Positions 39,539 to 50,553 are shown, numbered from the stretch's first letter. The stretch: DNA of 64,000 bases from Candidatus Nomurabacteria bacterium (GCA_023898525.1 CP060227.1:365634-429633), one strand, 5' to 3'. The notes: a model not told the origin generated them from the sequence alone. Translations and numbers: made by a program.

Positions 39539-39571
39539 ATGTAGCTACATTATATATTAATGTAGCTACAT
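39539..39571. promoter_or_regulatory. tandem 12-bp palindromes ATGTAGCTACAT x2 (spacer TATATATTA): putative HicB operator/promoter of hicAB
   Basis: two identical self-complementary 12-mers 13-45 bp upstream of the hicA start. Confidence 0.55.
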
Positions 39572-39617
39572 GTCAATTAGATGATCTGTGAACTCTTTAT
39601 ATTACTTAGAATAATTC

Positions 39618-40928
39618 CTATTTATTAACCAACCCCTCCGCCACCTTACTCGTCATATCTCCCGCACCCATGGTTATTATCACTCCATTTTCTGGAGTTA
39701 TTTTTTTAGCTAGTTCTACCCCCTCTTCTGGGTTCACCACCACTTTAGCCTGTCCACCTATCTCCATGATCGCTTCAGCTAATTTCCCACTACTTACACC
39801 AGAGACATTTTCTTCTCGTGCTGCATAGATTGGTAACAAAATTACCCTATCAGCTTTAGCTAGCGCCGTCACAAAATCATCGAATAACTCGCTAGTGCGA
39901 GTATAGGTATGCGATTGGAAAACCACCATCAAAGATTTATCTGGATATAATTCTTTGGATCCACCTATTGCTGCCGCAATTTCGGTCGGATGGTGAGCAT
40001 AATCGTCATAGACTTTGATTCCATTTACTTCTCCTTTATATTCAAACCGTCGCCAAGTACCAGCAAAATTCTCGAGTGCTTTATCACTCACTGCTTTCTC
40101 TATTTCGAGCGTACTCGCAGTGGCACTTGCAGCGGCAGCATTGAGTCTATTATGAAGGCCGGGTTGGTGTAGAGAAATACCCAAGTCTACAAAAGTTCGA
40201 TAATCTATCACTGTAGCCTCCACCCCTTCCAACACCGGCTTTACGTTTGGGTTACTAACATCAGCAATGATAAATCCGTCAGCCGGTACTTTTTTAGCTA
40301 AAGTACGAAAAGCATTTTGCACATCCGCCAAGTCTTGGTAGTAGTCAACATGATCAAGCTCGATATTTGTAATTACCAAAATATCCGGTTCTAGGCGCAA
40401 GAAGTCTCGCTTGTATTCACACGCCTCCACCACAAAATACTTACTCTTCCCCGCCCGGTAATTACTCCTAGTCTTTGTGCGAAGTGATCCAACCACCACA
40501 CTTGGATCAAAACTAGCTTCCTCCAAGACATCAGCCAACATCGCGGTAGTGGTCGTCTTACCATGCGTACCAGCCACCGCAATCAAGTAGTATGGATTAA
40601 CCACCAGTCCAAGCGCTGTGAAGTAGTTAATGGTTTCAATTTCCTTTTCACGCGCCGCCATAAGCTCGCCATAACCTTCAGTTTTTTCGTTCACTCCTTC
40701 GGTATAGACCACAAGATCAATATCATCAGTAATGTTATCTGGTGATTGCTTAGGGGTAAATTCCACCCCTTCACTGCTTAAGGCTTCAGTGATAGCAGAA
40801 GACGCTCGGTCTGAGCCGCTAACTACCTTTCCTTCATGCAAGAAAAACCGCGCCAAGGCCGACATCCCAATACCACCCACGCCAATAAAATGAACCCTGG
40901 TTACTTCGTCTAGTTTTATATTTGACAT
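39618..40928 (-). CDS. murC: UDP-N-acetylmuramate--L-alanine ligase
   Basis: VHFIGVGGIGMSALA, Mur-ligase P-loop AGTHGKTTTTAM; start placed at internal Met (MSNIKLDEV) rather than the 34-codon upstream extension. Confidence 0.85.
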   Translation of the reverse strand: MSNIKLDEVTRVHFIGVGGIGMSALARFFLHEGKVVSGSDRASSAITEALSSEGVEFTPKQSPDNITDDIDLVVYTEGVNEKTEGYGELMAAREKEIETINYFTALGLVVNPYYLIAVAGTHGKTTTTAMLADVLEEASFDPSVVVGSLRTKTRSNYRAGKSKYFVVEACEYKRDFLRLEPDILVITNIELDHVDYYQDLADVQNAFRTLAKKVPADGFIIADVSNPNVKPVLEGVEATVIDYRTFVDLGISLHQPGLHNRLNAAAASATASTLEIEKAVSDKALENFAGTWRRFEYKGEVNGIKVYDDYAHHPTEIAAAIGGSKELYPDKSLMVVFQSHTYTRTSELFDDFVTALAKADRVILLPIYAAREENVSGVSSGKLAEAIMEIGGQAKVVVNPEEGVELAKKITPENGVIITMGAGDMTSKVAEGLVNK

Positions 40929-40985
40929 ATAGCAGCCATGATATAACATCGTGTATGGATTTACTATAGTATAAGGAGATTTTGT

Positions 40986-41702
40986 ATGAAAACACCAGAA
41001 GATATATCTCGCTTTAAGATGTGTAGACATTTTACGACCGCTCTCTATGGAAAGAAGGTTGACCTTGACCCAAAAGTATTAGCCACAAATCTAGGAGCAA
41101 GTAGCAACCATGTCTGTTTAGTAGATTGTTCAAAAAATCCAGATGTACAGATAGCAGTAAGGCCTGTTTTTAATAGCGGTAGAAAACATGATGTAAGGGC
41201 CGAGGGTGTGCTTTTAACAGAACCGGGCAGCGCTGCCGTTATAAAAACAGCTGATTGTCCTACTCTGATTCTTTACGACAAGTTAAATCGCAAAGGAATA
41301 ATTAATCATGCTGGTCGACCCGCCTTAACACCTAGGAATATTGCTAACGGTAGATTTTCCAATATCGTGACAATTACTCACCAAATCTTAACAGAAAATT
41401 CACCAAAAACACAGTTGATAGCTTATATAACCGGCTCGATTTGTGGTGACTGTTTTCTGCACGATAATGAAAATGGTCGAAGATTAGCTGAACCGTTTAT
41501 CAATGTTTTTGGTGATGAAGTAATGACCGAGAAGCATGGTCTTGATTTACCGCTTGTGATTAAAAAACAGTTGATGAGATTGGGTGTAAAAAAGGAAAAC
41601 ATTACACATGACGAAATCTGCACCTTTGAAAATGAAAGCCTATACAGCTACAGAAACAAGGATGGATTATCCAGAAATACCGTAATTTTTGTTCTCCACT
41701 AA
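40986..41702 (+). CDS. pgeF: YfiH/PgeF-family (DUF152, Cu-oxidase_4) peptidoglycan-editing factor / purine nucleoside phosphorylase
   Basis: ADCPTLILYD, HAGRPAL, and C-terminal CTFENESLYSYR motifs. Confidence 0.7.
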   Translation: MKTPEDISRFKMCRHFTTALYGKKVDLDPKVLATNLGASSNHVCLVDCSKNPDVQIAVRPVFNSGRKHDVRAEGVLLTEPGSAAVIKTADCPTLILYDKLNRKGIINHAGRPALTPRNIANGRFSNIVTITHQILTENSPKTQLIAYITGSICGDCFLHDNENGRRLAEPFINVFGDEVMTEKHGLDLPLVIKKQLMRLGVKKENITHDEICTFENESLYSYRNKDGLSRNTVIFVLH

Positions 41703-41706
41703 ACTC

Positions 41707-41732
41707 AAGAGCATAGCGTTGGCTATGCTCTT
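41707..41732. terminator. hairpin AAGAGCATAGC-GTTG-GCTATGCTCTT
   Basis: 11-bp perfect inverted repeat between convergent pgeF and murD. Confidence 0.6.
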
Positions 41733-41743
41733 ATGCTTTAAAA

Positions 41744-43162
41744 TCATAATGAAACAAATTCATTAACCAAACCTAAAAACTCGTCATTCCTTTCGTATTC
41801 ATTTTTGTACTGCGCGAACGAAGCAAAGGCCGGAGAGAACAAAATAATATCACCTGCCTCAGCCGCTAAAACAGCTTCCTCTACCGCCATCTTCAAATCT
41901 TCTACCACTAAAAAATCAGTAAAGTCTGACTTATTAAGCTCTTCAAGTAAGGCTTCGGTACCGGTACCAGGGGTAAGGACTACTTGCTTGCAGAAGCTAA
42001 AAATAGCCTCAGTAAGAGGGGTGCTGTCGATACCCTTATCGGCTCCACCAGCGATTAAGACAACATTTTTCTTTTCTACCATACCTACCGCTTTTATACC
42101 GGCAGCAGTTGCTTGTGGCGTGGTAGCATTGTTGTCATTATAAATCCTTACCCCTTTTTCAGTTACACCTACATACTGCAACCTACCTTCTACTCCTTTA
42201 AAAGTAGCTAGCCCGGCAAAAATCTCTTCCTCAGACAATCTAAGTGCTTCTAGAGCTTGATAAGCTAAAGCTGCATTTAGTCGATTATGTTCACCCGGCA
42301 TTGAGAGCAAAGCTTCTTCTGGAATAATTGAAGCGTCGGTTAGTTTCACTTCTTGACCTAAATGTAGATTTGGGAAAACTTTTTTGATCCACTCAAACAC
42401 TTCCGGTGTTGCGACCAAGGTTCCACTTTCGTCTTGATGCAAAAATATCTGCGCTTTGTCTTTGAAGTATAGCTCCATTGCCTCCTCCTTACTTTTCCCA
42501 CCCTTACTGTAGTAATTAAGATGATCTTCCATGAAGTTAGTGAAGACCGCTACTTGAGGAGAAATTTCCGCCCAACCAAAGCCTTGCAACTGCCAAGAGT
42601 CGAGCTCCATTACACAAACAGAATCTTCATGAACTTCTTTTAAAAGTTGTAAGTTTGATACTCCACGAATATTTCCTCCAAGCAAAATCTTTTCTCCGGT
42701 TACTTGTGACAAAACATAATGAATCATCCCGGTCACTGTACTCTTACCTCGCGTACCGGTCACACCGATAATTGGGATTTTTGATAACTCTGCAAATAAT
42801 GCCGCGCTCTGCATCAAAGGCACGCCCACTTCGTGGGCGTGCAACAAACAAGGCAAGTCAAATGGCGCCCCCGCACCCACCAAAATGAAATCACGGTTTT
42901 CAAAATCAGCATTGTCATACGGACCGAACTTAAAGGTGATGTTTGTATATTCCTTAAGAGTGTCAACTGCCGGCTGCATTACCTCCGCAGAAGCATCATC
43001 TACCACCAACACCTCCGCCCCAGCTTCAGCCATATAAGCAGCGTCGCCTATCCCTCGACCCAGAAGACCAATTCGCATCACTGTAACTTTTTTTCCTTTG
43101 AAATAATACCCAAATTCCATAATCTGCTTATAATACGCAAAATTACGCGTTTTACCAGCCAT
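41744..43162 (-). CDS. murD: UDP-N-acetylmuramoylalanine--D-glutamate ligase
   Basis: N-terminal Rossmann-like GLLGRGIGDAA, Mur-ligase P-loop GVTGTRGKSTVTGM; adjacent to murC. Confidence 0.75.
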   Translation of the reverse strand: MAGKTRNFAYYKQIMEFGYYFKGKKVTVMRIGLLGRGIGDAAYMAEAGAEVLVVDDASAEVMQPAVDTLKEYTNITFKFGPYDNADFENRDFILVGAGAPFDLPCLLHAHEVGVPLMQSAALFAELSKIPIIGVTGTRGKSTVTGMIHYVLSQVTGEKILLGGNIRGVSNLQLLKEVHEDSVCVMELDSWQLQGFGWAEISPQVAVFTNFMEDHLNYYSKGGKSKEEAMELYFKDKAQIFLHQDESGTLVATPEVFEWIKKVFPNLHLGQEVKLTDASIIPEEALLSMPGEHNRLNAALAYQALEALRLSEEEIFAGLATFKGVEGRLQYVGVTEKGVRIYNDNNATTPQATAAGIKAVGMVEKKNVVLIAGGADKGIDSTPLTEAIFSFCKQVVLTPGTGTEALLEELNKSDFTDFLVVEDLKMAVEEAVLAAEAGDIILFSPAFASFAQYKNEYERNDEFLGLVNEFVSL

Positions 43163-43187
43163 TTATGCGTGATACACTTTATATAGT

Positions 43188-43772
43188 ATGTCCAAACACC
43201 CCAAAACAGATAAACTACTTCATTTTACTTTTGTTTTAGGTATCATTGCTGTCTTCCTATATATCTCAATTTTTCTAACAGAACTAGTATCTAACAACAC
43301 CAACATACAACTCCTTGTTCAGCAATTTGGCCATATCGGTATTTTTATTCTCAGCTTTATTGCCGGATTAAATCTGTTCATCCCAGTACCCGCCTCCACC
43401 TTTACACCAGTCTTTACCGCTGGCGGCATCTCACTACCTATTGTAATTGCCATCCTGGTAGCCGGCACCATGTGCGCTAACTTTGTCGCCTACGGGCTAG
43501 GACGGATCGGACATCGCTTTACCGAAAGTCATTACCCCAAACTAGAAGAAAAAATAAACAGGCTGTATTTAGAAAAGAGAAGGTGGCTCCCTTACTTTGT
43601 TTTTTCATTTGCCGCCTTTGTCCCTTTCCCGGATGAAATATATATCATTCCTCTCGGACTAATGGGGGTAAGGATCAAAGAGTTTATCACGCCGCTGATT
43701 TTAGGCACAATCACCTTTCAAACTTTGACAGCTCTCGGTTTTCAGAATGTATTTCAATTAATCATGAACTAA
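43188..43772 (+). CDS. DedA/VTT-domain-like membrane protein
   Basis: 194 aa; 4-5 TM segments; loose resemblance to DedA/YqaA family. Confidence 0.35.
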   Translation: MSKHPKTDKLLHFTFVLGIIAVFLYISIFLTELVSNNTNIQLLVQQFGHIGIFILSFIAGLNLFIPVPASTFTPVFTAGGISLPIVIAILVAGTMCANFVAYGLGRIGHRFTESHYPKLEEKINRLYLEKRRWLPYFVFSFAAFVPFPDEIYIIPLGLMGVRIKEFITPLILGTITFQTLTALGFQNVFQLIMN

Positions 43773-43829
43773 CAGATTCCATTGTGGAAAAGCATCAATT
43801 TGCAAACCTGTTTGTTATAATTAAACTAT

Positions 43830-44024
43830 ATGCAATCTAAGAAACTGGAACACTATAAATTCTTTCAACTTTTTGCTTGGGCTTTATTTTTATTATTTGT
43901 ATTCTTTGTTTACTTACTTATTAAAGATTTGAAAACAGTAACAACAAACCTGGAAGACTCTACCCAATCCAAAGAAGAACAAATACTAGACTTAGAAAGT
44001 AAAATAAACATATACAAACCTTAA
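43830..44024 (+). CDS. small single-pass membrane protein with coiled-coil (FtsB/FtsL-like?)
   Basis: 64 aa; TM FQLFAWALFLLFVFFVYLLI then coiled-coil heptads; followed by a strong terminator. Confidence 0.3.
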   Translation: MQSKKLEHYKFFQLFAWALFLLFVFFVYLLIKDLKTVTTNLEDSTQSKEEQILDLESKINIYKP

Positions 44025-44033
44025 ACCAATATC

Positions 44034-44064
44034 AAAAAAACTCTACTCAAAGTAGAGTTTTTTT
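44034..44064. terminator. rho-independent terminator A7-CTCTACT-CAA-AGTAGAG-T7
   Basis: perfect stem with flanking A7/T7. Confidence 0.75.
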
Positions 44065-44117
44065 ATTATACCCATTTGCGTAATTTTAAATGAATAAAGG
44101 AGTGGAAAACGACCATT

Positions 44118-44172
44118 CTGAATTTACGTCCCAATTTTGCCCTTCCCTAGGCAAAATTACTGGACGAACAAA
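44118..44172. promoter_or_regulatory. conserved ~55-nt hairpin element, copy A (TGAATTTACGTC...AATTTTGCC-loop-GGCAAAATT...GACG)
   Basis: about 80% identical to 47242..47296, with compensatory changes in the inner stem. Confidence 0.5.
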
Positions 44173-44221
44173 CTCTAAAATTATATAAACTTTTGAGATA
44201 TTTTGCTGTTTGCGTAATTTG

Positions 44222-44295
44222 TCCGCGCTCTAGGATTCGAACCTAGGACCTTTCGAGTATCAGTCGAATGCTCTAGCCAACTGAGCTAAGCGCGG
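44222..44295 (-). tRNA. tRNA-Ile (anticodon GAU)
   Basis: Manual fold of the reverse complement: acceptor CCGCGCU/AGCGCGG, D-arm GCUC-AGUUGGCUA-GAGC, anticodon stem UUCGA/UCGAA with loop CUGAUAC, T-arm CUAGG-UUCGAAU-CCUAG; CCA not encoded. Confidence 0.85.
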
Positions 44296-44579
44296 ACAAA
44301 TTAAACAAACAAAATATCCAAAAGGTGTACAGCTTCTGTAAGCTTAGCTTGCTTTCTGCGTTCGCTCAAAAATGAAAAATATTTTTCATTTTATTCGCTC
44401 ACTTGAAAGTAAGAAGTCAGGAGAATGCATCTAGCCAGCTCCCTATCGCCTCGTAAACATCGGCGATTCGCTTCGCGACCGGAGAAAATGCTATACGCAT
44501 TTTCTAGCTCGCGCTCACCTAAGTGCACGCTACTATAGCAGAAAATTCAAAAAAATGTAAGGGTTTGGACACAAATTAA

Positions 44580-44602
44580 AGCCCGTACATAAAGTACGGG
44601 CT
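44580..44602. terminator. hairpin AGCCCGTAC-ATAAA-GTACGGGCT
   Basis: 9-bp perfect inverted repeat 20 bp downstream of the 44622..44855 stop. Confidence 0.6.
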
Positions 44603-44621
44603 GGTAATATAAACAGAAACC

Positions 44622-44855
44622 TTAATACCTTCTGTTTATCTTACAATAATCTACAGGTAAGGGAGCGTAAGGTCCTTCAAACCAACTTCTGCCCCCAGAC
44701 AGACGGTACACAAGGTATCCTAAGATAGTGACAGAGGAACCCCATAGAGCAAGGCCGAAGATTTGTCCATTAGATAAATCTTCTCCTAGTGCCGACAGGT
44801 ATAATAAAATACCTATTACAGTAATTACAACACCAACATTCTTCATGATTTTCAT
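44622..44855 (-). CDS. small 2-TM membrane protein
   Basis: 77 aa; two hydrophobic helices; no family recognised. Confidence 0.35.
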   Translation of the reverse strand: MKIMKNVGVVITVIGILLYLSALGEDLSNGQIFGLALWGSSVTILGYLVYRLSGGRSWFEGPYAPLPVDYCKINRRY

Positions 44856-44979
44856 GACTTATAATCTCCTATGGAAATTTGATATGTTGAGTTACTTTTT
44901 TATTCTACCATCTTAAATGACTTATGTCAACTGTTAAGTTGTCACAAAACTTGCTTATTTACTAGGTTATAATTGAAGC

Positions 44980-45399
44980 ATGAAAAATTACCACCTTCTT
45001 ATTGCTGTCTTAATCTTATTACCATTACCGAGCTTTGCTCAAGAAGCCTCGCTTCAGTCTTTTCTTCCTGCCTTAATCGGTTTCATTAGCTACATTCTTA
45101 TCCCTTTTCTATTTGGGATCGCTTTTTTGATATTTATAATTAATGCCATTAGATACTTTGTAATTGAAAGCACTAATGAGACTGGCCGAGAGAAAGCTAA
45201 AAATCTTGCTTTATATAGTATTGCAGCTTTTGTTTTTTTAGTTATCTTTTGGGGAATAGTAAACCTACTCACTTATTCAACCGGTCTTCAAGAAGGCGAG
45301 CAAACCTGTCCTGACTATCTAAAAGAACACAACGCCTGCCCTACCGCGGTACCCATACCTGGTCATAAGCCTCCAGTTCCAGCTGGTTTCGGAGGCTAA
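44980..45399 (+). CDS. small secreted protein with VirB2/TrbC-pilin-like topology (signal peptide + two TM helices + Cys-containing tail)
   Basis: signal MKNYHLLIAVLILLPLPSFA; two hydrophobic helices separated by a charged loop (ESTNETGREKAK); topology only, no sequence motif. Confidence 0.35.
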   Translation: MKNYHLLIAVLILLPLPSFAQEASLQSFLPALIGFISYILIPFLFGIAFLIFIINAIRYFVIESTNETGREKAKNLALYSIAAFVFLVIFWGIVNLLTYSTGLQEGEQTCPDYLKEHNACPTAVPIPGHKPPVPAGFGG

Positions 45400-45405
45400 T
45401 TTATA

Positions 45406-45443
45406 CGAAAAACTACCTACACTAAAGTGTAGGTAGTTTTTCG
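45406..45443. terminator. rho-independent terminator CGAAAAACTACCTACAC-TAAA-GTGTAGGTAGTTTTTCG
   Basis: 17-bp perfect stem with A/T flanks, between the + strand gene and the 16S 3' trailer. Confidence 0.75.
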
Positions 45444-45633
45444 TATGCAAACAATTTTGCAAAAGAGTTCACTTGCTCTTTTGTCTTATCCTGGAGGTCC
45501 GGTCTTTCCCTGGAGTCCGATACCACTTCAGAGTGTTGAGTATCATTACTCGTTATAGGCTCAATTGATACCTACAACATCGACCAATTAGCTGTCATTG
45601 TAGATCTGTTACCAGAAATACGACAACGTGTCC

Positions 45634-47095
<1,462 letters not shown>

Positions 47096-47241
47096 AGACA
47101 GGGCACTATAGACCGAAGTCTATGTGCATCTGCGTTTGTGAGCATGTGCGGTACTGTACTACTTTCCCGCGCTCAAACAAACTATTTTACCTAAAGGATA
47201 AGACAAAAGAATAAATGAACAAATGTCCGAAGGACATATTG

Positions 47242-47296
47242 TGAATTTACGTCTCAATTTTTTCCTTTCCTAGAAAAAATTGCTAGACGCAAATGA
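47242..47296. promoter_or_regulatory. conserved ~55-nt hairpin element, copy B, about 150 bp upstream of the 16S 5' end
   Basis: TGAATTTACGTCTCAATTTTTTC-loop-GAAAAAATTGCTAGACG; see copy A. Confidence 0.5.
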
Positions 47297-47567
47297 TGAA
47301 CAAATTCATAATCTCTTGCCTAAAAATTGTGCTGATGCATAACTTTATTAAACATCAAAAAATGTTTAATAAATTATGTACGTCATATCTAATGTTGGGC
47401 ATTAGATATGTTTATTCAATTGTCAAACGACTTTGTTCTCTTTGGGAGCAAAGATGATTGTATTACGCGAATGCGCACAAAAACCACACTTCCTAACCTC
47501 CAACGAACAGTGCTGAGCATTATACAGATACGAAGAAATTTTGCAAGTCCTAAAGGTGAAAAAAGAA

Positions 47568-47600
47568 AAAAGCCGCCATGTTACTTTACCGGCGGCTTTA
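47568..47600. terminator. hairpin GCCGCC-loop-GGCGGC with A/T flanks
   Basis: downstream of the 47626..48567 stop. Confidence 0.5.
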
Positions 47601-47625
47601 GAGGATAAAGCGACTTACGCTTCGC

Positions 47626-48567
47626 TCAAAGAATTACTTCCTCTTTCTTCTTCCTCGTTCTAAAGAAAAGGAAAATAATTAAACTGAACACAAGAAGAAA
47701 AACAAGGTTTTGATTTTCATCCATCTGTTCCAGAGCCTTTTGTCCATCCTTGAGTTTTTTAATATCACTTTCTGTCGTCTGCTTGAAACCAGGCAGCCAA
47801 TCAATGTCAAAATTTGAAATTATATCTGAAATCCGATCGAAACCTTGAATCAAATTACTGATAGCATCAGTGGTTTCTCTGTCTTGCTCCAGCAAGCCTC
47901 TGAGCATGTCTTGTACTTCCTGAAAATCACCCGATGTTACCACCGTCTGAGATTCAAGCTTCTCAATCCTTGCCAGTGCTGCTTCCAAACGCTCTTGTAG
48001 CGGATCAGGTACAATTACGGCTAAGGCTGAACCGCCTTCACCACCAGGACCCGCTTTTACAGAAATTGGATCTGGTTGATCCATAGACAAATGAATTTGA
48101 TGAGCCCAAGTCTTCAAACGTTTCAATCTTTGCTCAGACGAGCCTTCTGACCCTCTAATCCGAACCACAAAATTCTCCAGTTCGCGACCAACCGGAAAAG
48201 AAAGACCGCCGCCGCTTGTCGCCCGTGTAAGAAAATCATCCTTGGTGATGACATTTCCAAGCCTGTTATAGGTAATGAATATATCACCACAAAGTCCCTT
48301 GTCTAAGGAATTCTTTTGCAGGTATTCCTTAACCGCCTCAAGTGGATTATATTTACAAACCAAGTGAGACAAGAACGACGTAGGAAAAGTCTGGGTTTCC
48401 GGGTTATATAAACTCATCATACCCCGCTCTATTCTATCCCAATTCTGAGGTGCTGTCGTAAATAGGACAATACGCTCTTCTTCTGCCACATTTGGATTAT
48501 TAGTTGCTACAGCACCGCTGGCCACAAATAAAGCAACTAGCCCGAAGGCTAAAATAATTTTCTTCAT
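47626..48567 (-). CDS. secreted protein with signal peptide and C-terminal TM anchor, hypothetical
   Basis: signal MKKIILAFGLVALFVASGAVA; coiled-coil rich middle; C-terminal LVFLLVFSLIIFLFF + RTRKKK. Confidence 0.45.
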   Translation of the reverse strand: MKKIILAFGLVALFVASGAVATNNPNVAEEERIVLFTTAPQNWDRIERGMMSLYNPETQTFPTSFLSHLVCKYNPLEAVKEYLQKNSLDKGLCGDIFITYNRLGNVITKDDFLTRATSGGGLSFPVGRELENFVVRIRGSEGSSEQRLKRLKTWAHQIHLSMDQPDPISVKAGPGGEGGSALAVIVPDPLQERLEAALARIEKLESQTVVTSGDFQEVQDMLRGLLEQDRETTDAISNLIQGFDRISDIISNFDIDWLPGFKQTTESDIKKLKDGQKALEQMDENQNLVFLLVFSLIIFLFFRTRKKKEEVIL

Positions 48568-48727
48568 TTAATTTCTCCTTTTCAAAAAAAAAATATTTTC
48601 AAATCAACAATCTGCTTCGCGACGAAGCGATACCACGCTTTTTACAAAAAAGCAAGTTTATTTTATTATATAAAAAAATAATAGGCGATCACACATTGCT
48701 GTGCAACCGCCCATTCAAAAACTTTTT

Positions 48728-49822
48728 TTACTGTGATAAAGAACTGGTAGTAGTAGCTTTTTTACCTGCCTCGTTTCCATTACCGGGTATAGCAGAGACC
48801 GAATTGTCCGGTTCCTTGTCTTCAAAATAGCCTACCTGTATGACCTTAGAATTATCTTCCTTGTACGGATTAGACCTTACAAAAACCATACCTGTAAAAC
48901 CAGTACGGCCATCTACCTGAGTATTCATTTTGGTAAATGAGTACCCCATAGAACCACCAAAAATGGTGTCTGTTGGCGAATTACTACCACCGCCACCAAC
49001 GCCAAATCCATGTCCGCGTGAACCAACCCCTCTCGCTACAACTCTACCCGCCTCAGGAAAAACAAAAATAAGTTCACTATCTGCCTTTATTCTACCTTTA
49101 ACAGCCAGCGTCATTACTTCCATAACCAGCGAAGTATACGAGACCTTAGAAGCATCACCAGATTTTGCCGTAGCGGTCACCAAACCTACACATTCAACAT
49201 AAGCTGTTTCTCCCGGTCTCAGCACGGTAGCTCGTGTAGCATAACGCTTTTGATTCGACCTGGTTAAATAACCACTATCGGGAGTAAAATAAATCTCCTC
49301 ATCCGAAAAAAGGTTTGTAGACCATTCTCTCTTACGACTATCTACACCAGCTACCACTTCAATAGGGCACAGTTGTGAATATAAGTCCATAACACCAAGT
49401 CCCGCTTCCATGTGAGTCACACCTAACTGACTAAAAATCTGCGGAGTAACACCAACTCCTGGAGCGTAATTCCCAGGCATTTGAGGCGGTATTTTTGTAT
49501 TTGATTCAATGTGAATGCTTTGCATCGGCTGAATATTCCCTACACTTTGTGTAGACTCCAGTGAAGCGTCTTGATTTGGCTTAATATCGCCAATAGACAA
49601 TTCTTGAGTTGATTCTTGTATTGGGTTAATAGTAATATCTCCAATTTCCGATTTAGAACTCGAACTACCGCCTTTAGATGCAGATGTAGCAACAGCAGCA
49701 GCCGTAGCCGATGCATCATTCTGCACCCCTACATTAACCCCACTGCCGGCTCCACCAGGTGGAGTAGCATGCAAACTTTGGCTCATTAAAATCAGTAAAC
49801 TTGCGATGAAAATAACCTTCAT
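48728..49822 (-). CDS. secreted Gly/Ser-rich protein, hypothetical
   Basis: signal MKVIFIASLLILMSQSLHA; no TM afterwards; no family recognised. Confidence 0.45.
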   Translation of the reverse strand: MKVIFIASLLILMSQSLHATPPGGAGSGVNVGVQNDASATAAAVATSASKGGSSSSKSEIGDITINPIQESTQELSIGDIKPNQDASLESTQSVGNIQPMQSIHIESNTKIPPQMPGNYAPGVGVTPQIFSQLGVTHMEAGLGVMDLYSQLCPIEVVAGVDSRKREWSTNLFSDEEIYFTPDSGYLTRSNQKRYATRATVLRPGETAYVECVGLVTATAKSGDASKVSYTSLVMEVMTLAVKGRIKADSELIFVFPEAGRVVARGVGSRGHGFGVGGGGSNSPTDTIFGGSMGYSFTKMNTQVDGRTGFTGMVFVRSNPYKEDNSKVIQVGYFEDKEPDNSVSAIPGNGNEAGKKATTTSSLSQ

Positions 49823-49867
49823 TATATTTCTCCTTTTTAAGTTTAAATACGTATTGAGATTTGTATA

Positions 49868-49896
49868 TTTGGGACAGAGTTCTTCTCTGTCCCAAA
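49868..49896. terminator. hairpin TTTGGGACAGAG-TTCTTC-TCTGTCCCAAA
   Basis: 12-bp perfect stem directly after the 49906..50346 stop. Confidence 0.7.
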
Positions 49897-49905
49897 TTGC
49901 TTTCT

Positions 49906-50346
49906 TTATTTAAACTGCCAACCTTTTATTGCATTAGCACCTGCTGTAGTTATGTCTACCACCTCTGCAGAACCATGACCTTGAATTTCAAGATTTGTAA
50001 AATTACTGGTATCTGCAGTGGCTGTAGCCGAACGATGATCAGTCACAGCCAAACTAGTTGCTTGGTGCAAGTTAGTCACGGCACCAACCCCTTTATGAAT
50101 TGACATATCTACCAATTCAAACTGATCGGCACTAGCATCAGTATAACCACCTGGACTGGACGAGAAAGTATACGCACCGTTGTTTACAATGATATACCCG
50201 TTTGCTCCGCCGCTATGGTGACCAGCACTAAGATAGAGTCCAGATTCCCCACTATTAATGGAGTAGGACACTATATTATTTGTTGCCATGACGGAAGCTG
50301 AAATAAAGAAAAACAAAGATACAAAAAACAGACACATTCTCTTCAT
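49906..50346 (-). CDS. small secreted protein, hypothetical
   Basis: signal MKRMCLFFVSLFFFISASVMA; Gly/Ser/Thr-rich. Confidence 0.45.
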   Translation of the reverse strand: MKRMCLFFVSLFFFISASVMATNNIVSYSINSGESGLYLSAGHHSGGANGYIIVNNGAYTFSSSPGGYTDASADQFELVDMSIHKGVGAVTNLHQATSLAVTDHRSATATADTSNFTNLEIQGHGSAEVVDITTAGANAIKGWQFK

Positions 50347-50553
50347 GTTTAATCCTCAAAAAAGAAGTTTTTAGTAAGGTGTTAAAAACACCAACCTTGG
50401 TCTTAACTTTCAAAAAACAAAGGTGTCAATTACTCTTAGATAACTAGATACCTTAAGACCATTAACAAATTATCACTTATATAGCCATATGTCAAGCACG
50501 TGACTCTTGGAATTTGTCAAGAGTTCCCTTTAAGCAGAGGTCTACATAGTCCC

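Noticed and set aside
40929-41030. 34-codon N-terminal extension of the murC ORF
   Set aside because: Rich in W/C/H/Y and precedes the conserved MurC N-terminus; the internal Met (MSNIKLDEV) gives a canonical MurC start and a sensible divergent promoter with pgeF
47408-47608. 66-aa plus-strand ORF in the 16S upstream/terminator region
   Set aside because: Overlaps a terminator hairpin and the rRNA promoter region; no coding features
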